64,000 bases of DNA, from contig CAYTZR010000002.1 in assembly GCA_964442605.1 (NCBI GenBank), positions 11,387 through 75,386 on the forward strand, written 5' to 3'. The stretch is from an uncultured Oscillospiraceae bacterium (GTDB lineage: Bacteria; Bacillota; Clostridia; Monoglobales; Monoglobaceae). Under the pieces are notes generated by a model. The model saw nothing but the letters and a program-made list of their open reading frames with translations. It was not told the DNA's origin and searched no databases. Of this stretch, positions 39,438 through 48,630 are shown in pieces (within the stretch, counting starts at the first letter, position 1; each line of letters begins with the position of its first letter). Both the position numbers and the translations under genes were made by a program.

Positions 39438-40988
39438 TTACTGAATTTCAAGCCTGTATATTTCGCTTCCGTTGCAACCAAAGCCTATATCACCGTCAAT
39501 GTCGGTTCTGAGTACTGTAATGCCGAGGCTTTCAAGCCTTTGAAGTGTCTGCTCCGTGGGGTGACCGTATGAATTGTCAGCTCCGCATGAGATAATCGCG
39601 TATTGCGGATTTACCCTTTGCAAAAACTCAATCTGACTTGAAGTCGATGAACCGTGATGCCCAATTTTAATAATATTTGACAATAGCGCGCTGTCGTCAA
39701 ATGCGGAAAGTATTTCGTTTTCCGATTGCTCCTGCGCGTCGCCCATAAAGATAAAGCCGGAATTGCCGTATGTAATCTTGATTACTGCGGAATAATTGTT
39801 AAGGTCTTTGTATTCGGAGCTGTTCGGTGCGAGAAGCCGCACCGAAAAATAACCGTCGTCTATAATGGTTAAGCCCGCGACGGTCTGTATTGTGTTGATT
39901 TGTTTTTCGATGAGTTTAGACAAAAAGCTTTCGTATGTCTTTGTGGTGGTTACGGCGTTTGGCATATAAGCGGTTCCGATTTCGAATGTGTCAAGCACGT
40001 CAGACATGCCGCCTATATGGTCGGCGTGGGGATGGGTAGCGACTAAGTAATTGATTTTTGAGTATCCCAGGCTGCCGATAAAGCTGCTTACCTTGCCGCC
40101 GTATGACGAGGTTCCGGCATCAATCAGCATAGTCTCTCCGTTTGGAAGGATAATAAATTCAGAGTCACCCTGCCCAACATCTAAGTAATAGATTTTTAAA
40201 TCAGAAATGCCGGACAACAATATGTCCGGCTCCTGAACCTGTTCAGTATCTTCAATGCTGTAATCTTCAAAACTGGTATCTTTAATGCCGGTATCTTCAA
40301 TGCCGGTATCTTCAATGCTTATGTACGCTGTATTTCCCTCCGGAAACGCCCTGCATAGCACGGCGCAAACCTCACAGCGTGTAATGGGTGTCGAACCCTC
40401 AAAGGTCCCCATTTGCGTTCCCGTAATATATCCGCGCTTTACAGCCTCGGCTATGTACGGTCTGTCTTGCTTCGGAATGGACTCATAGTCATAGAATACA
40501 TCGGAAAGCAGATAATCGCTCACGGGATAATATTCGGACAAGTCATAATTCAGTACTCTCATGAGAGCAACGGTGACATCCTCGCGTGTCGCGTAGTCAA
40601 GGGGCTTAAAGTAAATCCTTTCATCGCCCTCAGTCGTGCTTTGGTATCCCGTCATCTGAGCGGTTATTGAGTTAATATAAGGAAAATACCATTCATTAAC
40701 GTCAACGTCAGCATACGGGCTTGTTCTGTTGGATGAAAGCTTTAATCCCGAAACATTCACGAGCATTTTCGCGTACTCGCTTCTGTCTACGTATTTGTCG
40801 GGAAGAAACGTACCGTCCCCATAGCCCGAAATAATACCGCGTGCTTCAAGACTTGATATGTAGGGCGCTGCCCAGTGATCATCTCCCACATCGGAAAATA
40901 CCGTGGCGTAGCCCGAGATGCCGATGAAGCATAAAATCAGCAAAATTGAAATAAATAATGTTAATTTTTTCTTTTTCATCTTATTCAT
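39438..40988 (-). CDS. SLH-anchored ComEC/Rec2-type MBL-fold hydrolase
   Basis: Signal peptide; SLH motifs (FSDVGDDHWA..ISGYGDGTF, ATREDV, ITRCEV); LDVGQGD, THPHADHIGG, FMGDA, KIGHHGS, NSYGHP; (IEDTG)n linker repeat. Confidence 0.88.
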   Translation of the reverse strand: MNKMKKKKLTLFISILLILCFIGISGYATVFSDVGDDHWAAPYISSLEARGIISGYGDGTFLPDKYVDRSEYAKMLVNVSGLKLSSNRTSPYADVDVNEWYFPYINSITAQMTGYQSTTEGDERIYFKPLDYATREDVTVALMRVLNYDLSEYYPVSDYLLSDVFYDYESIPKQDRPYIAEAVKRGYITGTQMGTFEGSTPITRCEVCAVLCRAFPEGNTAYISIEDTGIEDTGIKDTSFEDYSIEDTEQVQEPDILLSGISDLKIYYLDVGQGDSEFIILPNGETMLIDAGTSSYGGKVSSFIGSLGYSKINYLVATHPHADHIGGMSDVLDTFEIGTAYMPNAVTTTKTYESFLSKLIEKQINTIQTVAGLTIIDDGYFSVRLLAPNSSEYKDLNNYSAVIKITYGNSGFIFMGDAQEQSENEILSAFDDSALLSNIIKIGHHGSSTSSQIEFLQRVNPQYAIISCGADNSYGHPTEQTLQRLESLGITVLRTDIDGDIGFGCNGSEIYRLEIQ

Positions 40989-41016
40989 CTTAAATACTCC
41001 TTCTTAAATTCCCATT

Positions 41017-41057
41017 CTGAAATACTCTTTCTGAAATACTCTTTCTGAAATACTCTT
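41017..41057. repeat. 14-nt tandem repeat TCTGAAATACTCTT x3
   Basis: Seen directly, with further degenerate copies to about 41100. Confidence 0.75.
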
Positions 41058-41127
41058 AATTTTTCTTAATTAAAAACTCTTTAATTCTCTTTCTGAAATT
41101 CTTATACGCGATTTACACAGATAATGA

Positions 41128-41156
41128 ATTATAACATTTCTTTTTAAATCTGTCAA
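41128..41156 (-). promoter_or_regulatory. Consensus sigmaA promoter for the SLH-MBL gene
   Basis: Minus strand TTGACA-17 nt-TATAAT. Confidence 0.75.
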
Positions 41157-41173
41157 GTATCTCGATTTTGCGG

Positions 41174-41202
41174 TTGATTTTATATTCTTGTAATGCTATA
41201 AT
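41174..41202 (+). promoter_or_regulatory. Divergent sigmaA promoter for DUF6062-nnrE
   Basis: TTGATT-17 nt-TATAAT with extended TG. Confidence 0.6.
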
Positions 41203-41234
41203 TACTGTAAATGATTATGTTTGGAGATGTAGCT

Positions 41235-41966
41235 GTGAAAGAGGAAATTTATACGATACCGGTTAATGAAGCGATAGAGATGGACGGGGAGTGTCTTTTC
41301 TGCACACTTAATCAAAAGCTTGAAAGAGATATACTGGATTATATCCTCGGTCCCTCGTATATGGAGGAGGATGTGAGAGGCGAAACCGACAAGATAGGCT
41401 TTTGCAAAAAGCATTACAGCCAAATGTACGGTGAGCAAAACCGTTTGGGCGTCGCCCTGATGGTAGATACGCATCTAAAGCGTGTCAGAGAGGACTTAAA
41501 AAATTTGCTGAATGATGAAATGGCACAAAATAACGGCAAAAAGAAACGTTTTAAAAAGAACACGGATAAATCCGAGGCGGAGTTGTATCTTACGAATATT
41601 GAAAATTCATGCTATGCCTGCAACAGGATGGAAGCGAGAATGAAGAGCTATGTCGATACATTTTTCCATTTATGGAAAAGAGATACGGAGTTCAGGGATA
41701 AAATCAAGGGAACAAAGGGCTTCTGTCTGGAGCATTTTAACATGCTTCTGAGAGAGGCGAAGCGGAGAATGGATGCTGAAAAATACAGCGAATTTCTAAA
41801 TGCCGTTGTTCCCGTCCAGCTGAAAAATCTTGATGTATTACAGGAGGACGTTGATTGGTTTATTCAAAAATTCGACTATAGATTTAAGGATGAACCGTGG
41901 AAAAATTCAGAGGATGCCATCCCGCGAGCTATATTAAAGCTGTCGGGTGAGCTTGTTGAGAGATAG
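41235..41966 (+). CDS. DUF6062 family protein (duplicated Cys/His motifs)
   Basis: KEEIYTIPVNEA, CLFC, MEEDVR..GFCKKH, CYAC, FCLEH, WFIQKFDY. Confidence 0.75.
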   Translation: MKEEIYTIPVNEAIEMDGECLFCTLNQKLERDILDYILGPSYMEEDVRGETDKIGFCKKHYSQMYGEQNRLGVALMVDTHLKRVREDLKNLLNDEMAQNNGKKKRFKKNTDKSEAELYLTNIENSCYACNRMEARMKSYVDTFFHLWKRDTEFRDKIKGTKGFCLEHFNMLLREAKRRMDAEKYSEFLNAVVPVQLKNLDVLQEDVDWFIQKFDYRFKDEPWKNSEDAIPRAILKLSGELVER

Positions 41967-41978
41967 GAGAGTGTCTTT

Positions 41979-42626
41979 ATGAGAATTGTAAGCGCCGCGG
42001 AAATGAAGCGGATAGAGAGAAAAGCGTATGAATCGGGCTTGTCGTATTACCAAATGATGGAGAATGCCGGAAAGGGTGTTGCGGAATTTGTGAAGAAAAA
42101 CACAAAGGATTTTGAAACGAAGCTTATATTGATATGCGTAGGCACGGGGAATAACGGAGGCGATGGTTACGCCGCCGCGAGATTTTTGAAGGAAATGGGC
42201 GGAACTCCGTTGATACTAATGGCGGACGGTCTTCCGAAAACGCCGGATGCAATCAAGAATTTTGAGCTTGCGAAAAATTCCGGAATAGAAATTTTGGCGT
42301 TTGACCCGCAAAAGAGCACGCCGGTTATTTTAGGGTGCGAGGCGATAATAGACTGCGTATACGGAACGGGCTTTCACGGAGAGCTTAAGGAGAATGTCAA
42401 GCGGCTGTTTAAAGCGATAGAGGAAAGCGATGCCGTAAAATTTTCGGTCGATATTCCAAGCGGCGTGTGCGATGACGGAACCCCGGCAGAAAACGCGTTT
42501 AAGGCTGACTTCACAATTGCCGTGGACAGTCTTAAACACGCGCATATGTCTGATTTGTCGTTCGAAAACTGCGGGCGTATAGCCCGTATCGATATAGGCA
42601 TACCGGAGGAATGTCATAATCTTTGA
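41979..42626 (+). CDS. nnrE: NAD(P)HX epimerase (YjeF N-terminal domain only)
   Basis: MMENAG, GTGNNGGDG, IDCVYGTGF, SVDIPSG, IDIGIP. Confidence 0.88.
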   Translation: MRIVSAAEMKRIERKAYESGLSYYQMMENAGKGVAEFVKKNTKDFETKLILICVGTGNNGGDGYAAARFLKEMGGTPLILMADGLPKTPDAIKNFELAKNSGIEILAFDPQKSTPVILGCEAIIDCVYGTGFHGELKENVKRLFKAIEESDAVKFSVDIPSGVCDDGTPAENAFKADFTIAVDSLKHAHMSDLSFENCGRIARIDIGIPEECHNL

Positions 42627-42638
42627 TTATCTTTTCGT

Positions 42639-43949
42639 TTATCTTTCCGTTTTCCAGTATTGAACACTGTATGGCGGCAGCTCGCTTCCTCCGCCAAAGT
42701 CATGCGTTTTACCGGTGATTAAATCCTCAGCCAGACCGCAGCCCGCGTCAAAGTGGGCTGTGTACGGCTCTGAGTCGATATTTATCGCAACAAGCACCCG
42801 TTCATCCTCAAACTGACGCTGGAATATAGCCTGCTTGTTTGTCAGTACTATTGACTTAAAATCACCGTAGCATAACGCTTTTGACTCCTTGTGCGCCTTT
42901 GCGAGTCTCGCAATCAGCTTTGTCAAGTCGTTACTTTGCGGCTCCTCAAAGCACGGACGCAAGGCATGGTCGCCATCCTGCTTTTTGCCGAGCGCTCCCC
43001 ATTCGCTTCCGTAATAAACGCACGGAACACCGGGCATAGCAAACAAAAGTCCGTATATAAGCGGAAGATGATTTTTGTTTTGCAAAATATCCGCTACTCT
43101 TGTCACATCGTGGTTATCCACAAAGCATAGAAGATGCTTTCCTCTGTACAGACACCAGTTGTCGGGTCCGAACTGTCTTATGAGCGAGTGGACGATTTCA
43201 AACATATTTTCTGAGTTAAAGCTTGAATACAAGCCCTTGTAGCACTCATAATTTGTACAGCTGTGGAGCTTATCATCGGACACAAACATATTATAGTCGC
43301 CGTGAAGAAGCTCTCCGATGAGCACAAAATCTTCTTTGACGGAGTTGCAATGCCATCTGAGTGTCTTTAAAAAGTCCTGATCTAAGCAATACGCGACGTC
43401 AAGTCTTAATCCGTCTATATCAAATTCATTTACCCAAAAATCAACACATTCCAGGATATAGTTTACAACCGCGGGATTTTTGAGGTTGAGCTTAACAAGC
43501 TCATAATGTCCTTCCCAGCCCTCATACCAAAAGCCATCGTTATATCCGCTGTTCCCGTCAAAGCTGATATGGAACCAATCCTTGTAGGGAGAGTCCCACT
43601 TTTTTTCACATACATCCTTAAACGCCCAAAAGCCTCGTCCGACATGATTAAATACTCCGTCCAGAACGACTCTTATACCGTTTTCGTGCAAAGCTTCGCA
43701 AACCTCTTTAAAGTCGTCGCTGTTTCCCAAACGGCAGTCAAGCTTTTTGTAATCTCTGGTGTCATAGCCGTGTGCGTCCGAATTAAAAATCGGTGAAAAG
43801 TAAACAGCGTCGCAGCCTGTTTCCTTTATATGCGGAATCCAGTCAATAACTTTTTTTATTCTGTTTGAGTATATTCCATCGTTATTATTCGGCGCTCCGC
43901 AGAAACCGATAGGATATATTTGATAAAATACACTTTCGTCATACCACAT
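42639..43949 (-). CDS. GH13 cytoplasmic alpha-amylase / cyclomaltodextrinase-like enzyme
   Basis: FYQIYP, HGYDT, DGVFNH, DGLRLDVA, GELLH, FVDNHD. Confidence 0.88.
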   Translation of the reverse strand: MWYDESVFYQIYPIGFCGAPNNNDGIYSNRIKKVIDWIPHIKETGCDAVYFSPIFNSDAHGYDTRDYKKLDCRLGNSDDFKEVCEALHENGIRVVLDGVFNHVGRGFWAFKDVCEKKWDSPYKDWFHISFDGNSGYNDGFWYEGWEGHYELVKLNLKNPAVVNYILECVDFWVNEFDIDGLRLDVAYCLDQDFLKTLRWHCNSVKEDFVLIGELLHGDYNMFVSDDKLHSCTNYECYKGLYSSFNSENMFEIVHSLIRQFGPDNWCLYRGKHLLCFVDNHDVTRVADILQNKNHLPLIYGLLFAMPGVPCVYYGSEWGALGKKQDGDHALRPCFEEPQSNDLTKLIARLAKAHKESKALCYGDFKSIVLTNKQAIFQRQFEDERVLVAINIDSEPYTAHFDAGCGLAEDLITGKTHDFGGGSELPPYSVQYWKTER

Positions 43950-44160
43950 TTTAATTTCTCCTTGTCATATAAATATATATTTTTCTGATTTTGTAGTTTT
44001 TTATTAATTATTTCGGTTAATTATATCATAGTCAAAAGCGTTTGTCACGTCTTTTTTAATATTTGAAATATTTATGAAATATTTGCTTAAATTGAAATAG
44101 TATAAATAAATCGGAATAATTGTTATACTATTTAATATCTGATTAATATCTGAATAAATC

Positions 44161-44187
44161 GAGTCCGAGCCTTAAAGACCCGGACTC
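44161..44187 (-). terminator. Probable terminator downstream of the Cthe_2159-like gene
   Basis: GAGTCCG...CGGACTC stem. Confidence 0.45.
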
Positions 44188-44265
44188 AAAATATCTAAAG
44201 CTGAGCTGTATTTAATTCGTTGTAATTATTTATTTTTATTTAATTTGTTAATTTAATTTATTTCA

Positions 44266-47200
44266 TTATTTTTTTGCAGTCAGAGAAATGGTATTGGAAC
44301 CGGAATACGTTCCTCCGGTCACAATTCCGTAGGTTCCGGCTGTATTCCCAAGCCATGTTCCGCCGCTGACGCTTCCGCCGTAATTTAGCGTATATGAGCC
44401 GCTGTTAATATTCGGAGTTGATACAAACACCCACGAATACGCTTTACTCGGAACATATGTTATTATTTCGTTTCCGCTGCTGTCAGTCAGCTTAAACGCT
44501 TTGCCGGCTGACTGGGATGTGAAGCCGGAGGAGCTTCCCGGCTGACCCATGCCGCCGCCCGACGAGCTTGACGATGCTACAACGTAATACTGCGAGTTAG
44601 CCGATGTATTGGGCGTTACGCTCATGTCAGCCGATCCCGCGCCGATTACCGTTCCGCCGCTTACAACCAGCGTATCGCTGCTGCTGTCGCCAATGTCAAA
44701 AACTCCGTTGCCGCTGCTTGTCGGACCGTTTATGAGAACCGTTCCGCCGGAAATAAGTCCGCTGCCGTTTGAGTCAAAGCCGTCGCCTTCCGCTTCGACA
44801 TACAAAAGACCGCCTGAAACCTCAAGATAGCCATAGGTTGATGTGTCCTCTCCGCCCCAATTGGGTCCGGTGTTACCGGTGCCGCCGGAGCCTCCGGGAC
44901 CTGTAAAGCCCGGAGATGCGTATGTGGATGAGTCTGCCTGTGCCGTCGCGTCTAAGTCAAGAGCATCGCCTGTCGGCTCATCGCCCGCCGCGTTCGCACC
45001 GTCATCTGTTGAAACAACTCTTGTTTCGCCGCCGCTGAGATATATTTTCGCAGCTTCTATACCCTCATAGCTCTTTGTGATATTTATATCTGCGCTATCG
45101 CTTATGTACAGGTAGCTGTCACCGTGAACGCCGTCATCGCCCGTCGCCGCTGTTATGCTTCCGCCGCAAATTCTTACGGTATTGTTTGAGTGAACAGCGT
45201 CGTCGTATGTGTTTATGTTAAACGTACCGCCGGAGATATACACAAGATTGCCTGCTTTTACGCCCTTACAGCTGTTTGCGGCTTCCGGATTATTTTCAGA
45301 GACGGTAGCAGGAGCGCCGCCGTATGCGGTAAGGTCAAACGTACCGGCAGAAATGTTTGTTATATTTTCGCCCTGAATACAATCCTGCTGAGAATTAACG
45401 GTAATATCGCCGCCTGTTACAACAACGTTTCCCGTTCCGCACTGTATGCCGTCTTCGGAGCAGTTTATATTGACCGTTCCGCCGGTGATGTCTATTTCAC
45501 CCTCAATATAGTCAATTACGGTCGTACCGTCCGTGTCGTATACAACTTCATTTACCTGTATACCTTCCTCGGCTTGTGTTATCGTGATATTCGCTTTACC
45601 GCTTATAGTTATATTCTTAGAGGCTTTTATGCCGTCCTCACCCGCTGCGGCAGTGATTGTGCCGTCTGTGATTGATACGCATCCGTCGCCCTCTGCCGGA
45701 GTTCCGCTCGTAAGCGTTGAATCTTCAAGGTATTCTATGCTTGAGGCGTTGGATTTTATTGCCTCGCCCGCGGCTGTTATATTTATTGTGCCTCCGGCTA
45801 TTGTAAGCAGAGTATCTGCCTGTATGCCGTCTCCGTTTGACACAACGCCGGTTGTTTCGTCAACGGTTGTGTTTGCGGTTATATTGATATTTCCTCCGTT
45901 TATTGCGACTGTGCCGCCGCTGATATATTCTCCTGTTGTTTCATCGATTGACGGCTCTGTATCGGATTTTATTCCATCGCCGCCGGAAACCACCGTTACG
46001 GAATTGTTTTTCTTGGTGATTTTAACCGATTGGTCACCCTTGATACCATTGTTTGCCGCGTTTACGTTAAGATCGCACACTCCGATTTCAAGATCGTTTT
46101 TGCAGCGTATACCGTTGCCCGCCTCTGAAACGGCGTTGAGCGTTCCGTCGCCCTTTATTGTAAGGTCGTTCTTGCAGTAAATAGCGGTAGTATCCGCACC
46201 TGTTGAGGTTGACTTAAAGGTGCTCTCCTCCGATGTCGGGACAAGCGTTACCTGACCTTTAAGCCCGTCAAAGGCGTTGCCTGTAGAACTGGTTACATTT
46301 ACTCCGCTTAGAGTTATCGTTATTACATCATCCTTGGCTGCCGAGCTTACTATAATCTGTCCGTCATTGAGTGTGCCTTCAACAGTATAATTGCCTGTGG
46401 CGGTAATCGTCACTGTTGTGCCGCTCACGATAACGTTTGAGACTCCGTCTGCGTTTATACTGTCTCCAAGCAGATGAATAATTCCGTCGCCTGTGTTACC
46501 GTCGCCGTTATCATCGTTGTTATCGGAGGCTTCCTTTGTCGTAACTGTTACGGTGATGTCTCCGGTAACCTTGGTAATCCTGTACGCGTTTTCAATTCCC
46601 GTTTCGGAGGGCGTTTTGAGATTTTTATAATTTGACGGTTCTATCGTTATGCTGTCAACCTCATAGCCATCTTCCAATACAACCTTGAAGTTAATCTGTC
46701 CGTCTCCGCTTATATCGATTTCACCCGTAGCGCTGTTGCGGGCATATGCTTCGGTTACGTTCTCGGTCACAACGGTAAAGTCCTGCGTATCCGAAACTGT
46801 TATTGATGCGTGGGAATCGGTCGCGAAAACCGCCTTATAGCCTTCGGTAATAGGACTCTCAGTATTAACAGGACTCTCAGTATTAACGGGAGTTTCTGTA
46901 TTAACGGGAGTTTCCGTGTTAATCGGACTCTCGGTATTAATGGGACTCTCCGTGTTAACAGGTTCGTTATCGGTATATATGTATACTTCCGAAACAGGCC
47001 TTAATTCTTCAGTCCATATAAAGCATTTCAATGTTTGAAGCTCCTTGTCAAAGGTGACTCCGTTTTCGAAGCTGACGCTGCCGGTAGAGCTTACGTCGGC
47101 AATATCAGCTCCGGTAAGTACGCCGTTTTCGTAGACTGCGGCGTATAATTTATAGCTGCCGGCTGTATTCACGGTTACATCGGCAGAGGTTATAATTCCA

Positions 47201-47325
47201 TCTACAATTGAAACGTCATTAACCTCCGCTTCATAGCCTTCTTGAATTTCCGCGAATGACACAATCGAAAATGCCATTATGGACACAGCAAGGCAAATAA
47301 AAATTTTTGCGAGTTTTCCCTTCAT
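44266..47325 (-). CDS. Secreted Cthe_2159/DUF4353-type beta-helix carbohydrate-binding (polysaccharide-lyase-like) protein
   Basis: Signal peptide; GNYTVEGTLNDGQI, repeated xDGIxA/DDAVHS/EGIE beta-helix rungs, GDGFDSNG; N-terminal ~80-aa module and (PVNTES)n linker. Confidence 0.82.
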   Translation of the reverse strand: MKGKLAKIFICLAVSIMAFSIVSFAEIQEGYEAEVNDVSIVDGIITSADVTVNTAGSYKLYAAVYENGVLTGADIADVSSTGSVSFENGVTFDKELQTLKCFIWTEELRPVSEVYIYTDNEPVNTESPINTESPINTETPVNTETPVNTESPVNTESPITEGYKAVFATDSHASITVSDTQDFTVVTENVTEAYARNSATGEIDISGDGQINFKVVLEDGYEVDSITIEPSNYKNLKTPSETGIENAYRITKVTGDITVTVTTKEASDNNDDNGDGNTGDGIIHLLGDSINADGVSNVIVSGTTVTITATGNYTVEGTLNDGQIIVSSAAKDDVITITLSGVNVTSSTGNAFDGLKGQVTLVPTSEESTFKSTSTGADTTAIYCKNDLTIKGDGTLNAVSEAGNGIRCKNDLEIGVCDLNVNAANNGIKGDQSVKITKKNNSVTVVSGGDGIKSDTEPSIDETTGEYISGGTVAINGGNINITANTTVDETTGVVSNGDGIQADTLLTIAGGTINITAAGEAIKSNASSIEYLEDSTLTSGTPAEGDGCVSITDGTITAAAGEDGIKASKNITISGKANITITQAEEGIQVNEVVYDTDGTTVIDYIEGEIDITGGTVNINCSEDGIQCGTGNVVVTGGDITVNSQQDCIQGENITNISAGTFDLTAYGGAPATVSENNPEAANSCKGVKAGNLVYISGGTFNINTYDDAVHSNNTVRICGGSITAATGDDGVHGDSYLYISDSADINITKSYEGIEAAKIYLSGGETRVVSTDDGANAAGDEPTGDALDLDATAQADSSTYASPGFTGPGGSGGTGNTGPNWGGEDTSTYGYLEVSGGLLYVEAEGDGFDSNGSGLISGGTVLINGPTSSGNGVFDIGDSSSDTLVVSGGTVIGAGSADMSVTPNTSANSQYYVVASSSSSGGGMGQPGSSSGFTSQSAGKAFKLTDSSGNEIITYVPSKAYSWVFVSTPNINSGSYTLNYGGSVSGGTWLGNTAGTYGIVTGGTYSGSNTISLTAKK
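46849..46962. repeat. 18-nt coding tandem repeat encoding P(V/I)NTE(S/T), about 6 copies
   Basis: PVNTESPINTESPINTETPVNTETPVNTESPVNTESPI. Confidence 0.85.
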
Positions 47326-47575
47326 TGATTAAAATTCCTCCTGATTTTTATTTTTATATTCTAATTGATTTTAATCAATAATTCTTAAAATAAGCTTAAA
47401 ATTTTTTAAATTTTTAAATATTTATAATATTATTATTTAAATATTATTATCTTTAAAGTCTCTGAAATTGTTTTTAAAACAAAACAATTTCAAAAACAAA
47501 TTCAAAAACAAATTTAAAATAAATTCACTTGTAACACCGGAAAAGTATGGGCGTATTATAAAATAGGTGATTAAC

Positions 47576-48283
47576 GTGAAAGTATTTGTTAGGCTTGACA
47601 GATTTAAATACAGGGTTGGCATAAAAAAGATGAAGAAGCGAAAAAAGCGTTATAATAATAAAAGGGTACGCTCAAGAATAAAAGTGACTTTTATTTTTAT
47701 ATTAATTACTGTTTCCGTTACATATTTATTTTCAAGTATCAATAATCGTATCAATCCGTTGGTAGCAGAAATGTCTGTGTCAAGCCTGAGCAGTATGGTG
47801 CTTAGGGAATGTAATTCGGCGGTCAGCGAAATAATCGCGGATGAAAACATTTGCTATGACAAAATTATCGAGAAAAATACAGACAGCGGCGGAAATTTGA
47901 AAAGTCTTTCGGTAAATTATAATAATTTAAACTTGTTTAAGTCTGAGCTTGCGGTTAACATTCAAAACAGGATTGACAAAATCAATGATGTTGAGGTTTA
48001 CGTACCGTTTATGGCATTGTTCTCAAACAGGTTTTATTCGGCTTTGGGCTTTCCGATAAAAATCAAAACGCTGACAAACGAAAATGTTGTTATTGAGTTT
48101 AAGGATGAATTTGTCTCCGCCGGCGTAAATCAGACAAAGCACCTGATAAGCGTAATAATAAGAACGGCTGTAGCGGTAAATCTGCCCATAATGCAGGAGG
48201 GAGATGATATTATAACGGAAATACCGATTGCCGAAACAATAATAGTCGGCGGCGTGCCTGATACATATCTCGATTTTAATTAA
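47576..48283 (+). CDS. yunB: Sporulation protein YunB
   Basis: N-terminal TM segment; EFVSAGVNQTKH, IPIAETIIVGGVPDTY. Confidence 0.88.
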   Translation: MKVFVRLDRFKYRVGIKKMKKRKKRYNNKRVRSRIKVTFIFILITVSVTYLFSSINNRINPLVAEMSVSSLSSMVLRECNSAVSEIIADENICYDKIIEKNTDSGGNLKSLSVNYNNLNLFKSELAVNIQNRIDKINDVEVYVPFMALFSNRFYSALGFPIKIKTLTNENVVIEFKDEFVSAGVNQTKHLISVIIRTAVAVNLPIMQEGDDIITEIPIAETIIVGGVPDTYLDFN

Positions 48284-48396
48284 TTTAAAACTTATATAAA
48301 ATTATGAGTATGTGTGTTAATTTTCCTTGCATTTTGTTTTCAGTTAGTATATAATACCAATATAGGATTTTACTGTATATAAGGGGTGGTTCTTTT

Positions 48397-48627
48397 ATGG
48401 ATGTTAATGCTTTCGGCGAATACGTTACTATTGTCGCTGAGGAAGACGGCGTTACTATTATCGGTTTGACACGCGGAAAGGACACGAGATTTCATCATAC
48501 CGAAAAGCTTGACAGCGGCGAGGCGTATATTGCGCAGTTTACAGAAAATACTTCGGCAATAAAAATCAGAGGTAGGGCAAAATTATACACCAAAATGGGT
48601 GTAATAAATATAGGCGAGGAGAAATAG
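48397..48627 (+). CDS. mtrB: Trp RNA-binding attenuation protein (TRAP)
   Basis: GVTIIGLTRGKDTRFHHTEKLD..IAQFTENTSAIKIRGRA. Confidence 0.93.
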   Translation: MDVNAFGEYVTIVAEEDGVTIIGLTRGKDTRFHHTEKLDSGEAYIAQFTENTSAIKIRGRAKLYTKMGVINIGEEK

Positions 48628-48630
48628 CTT

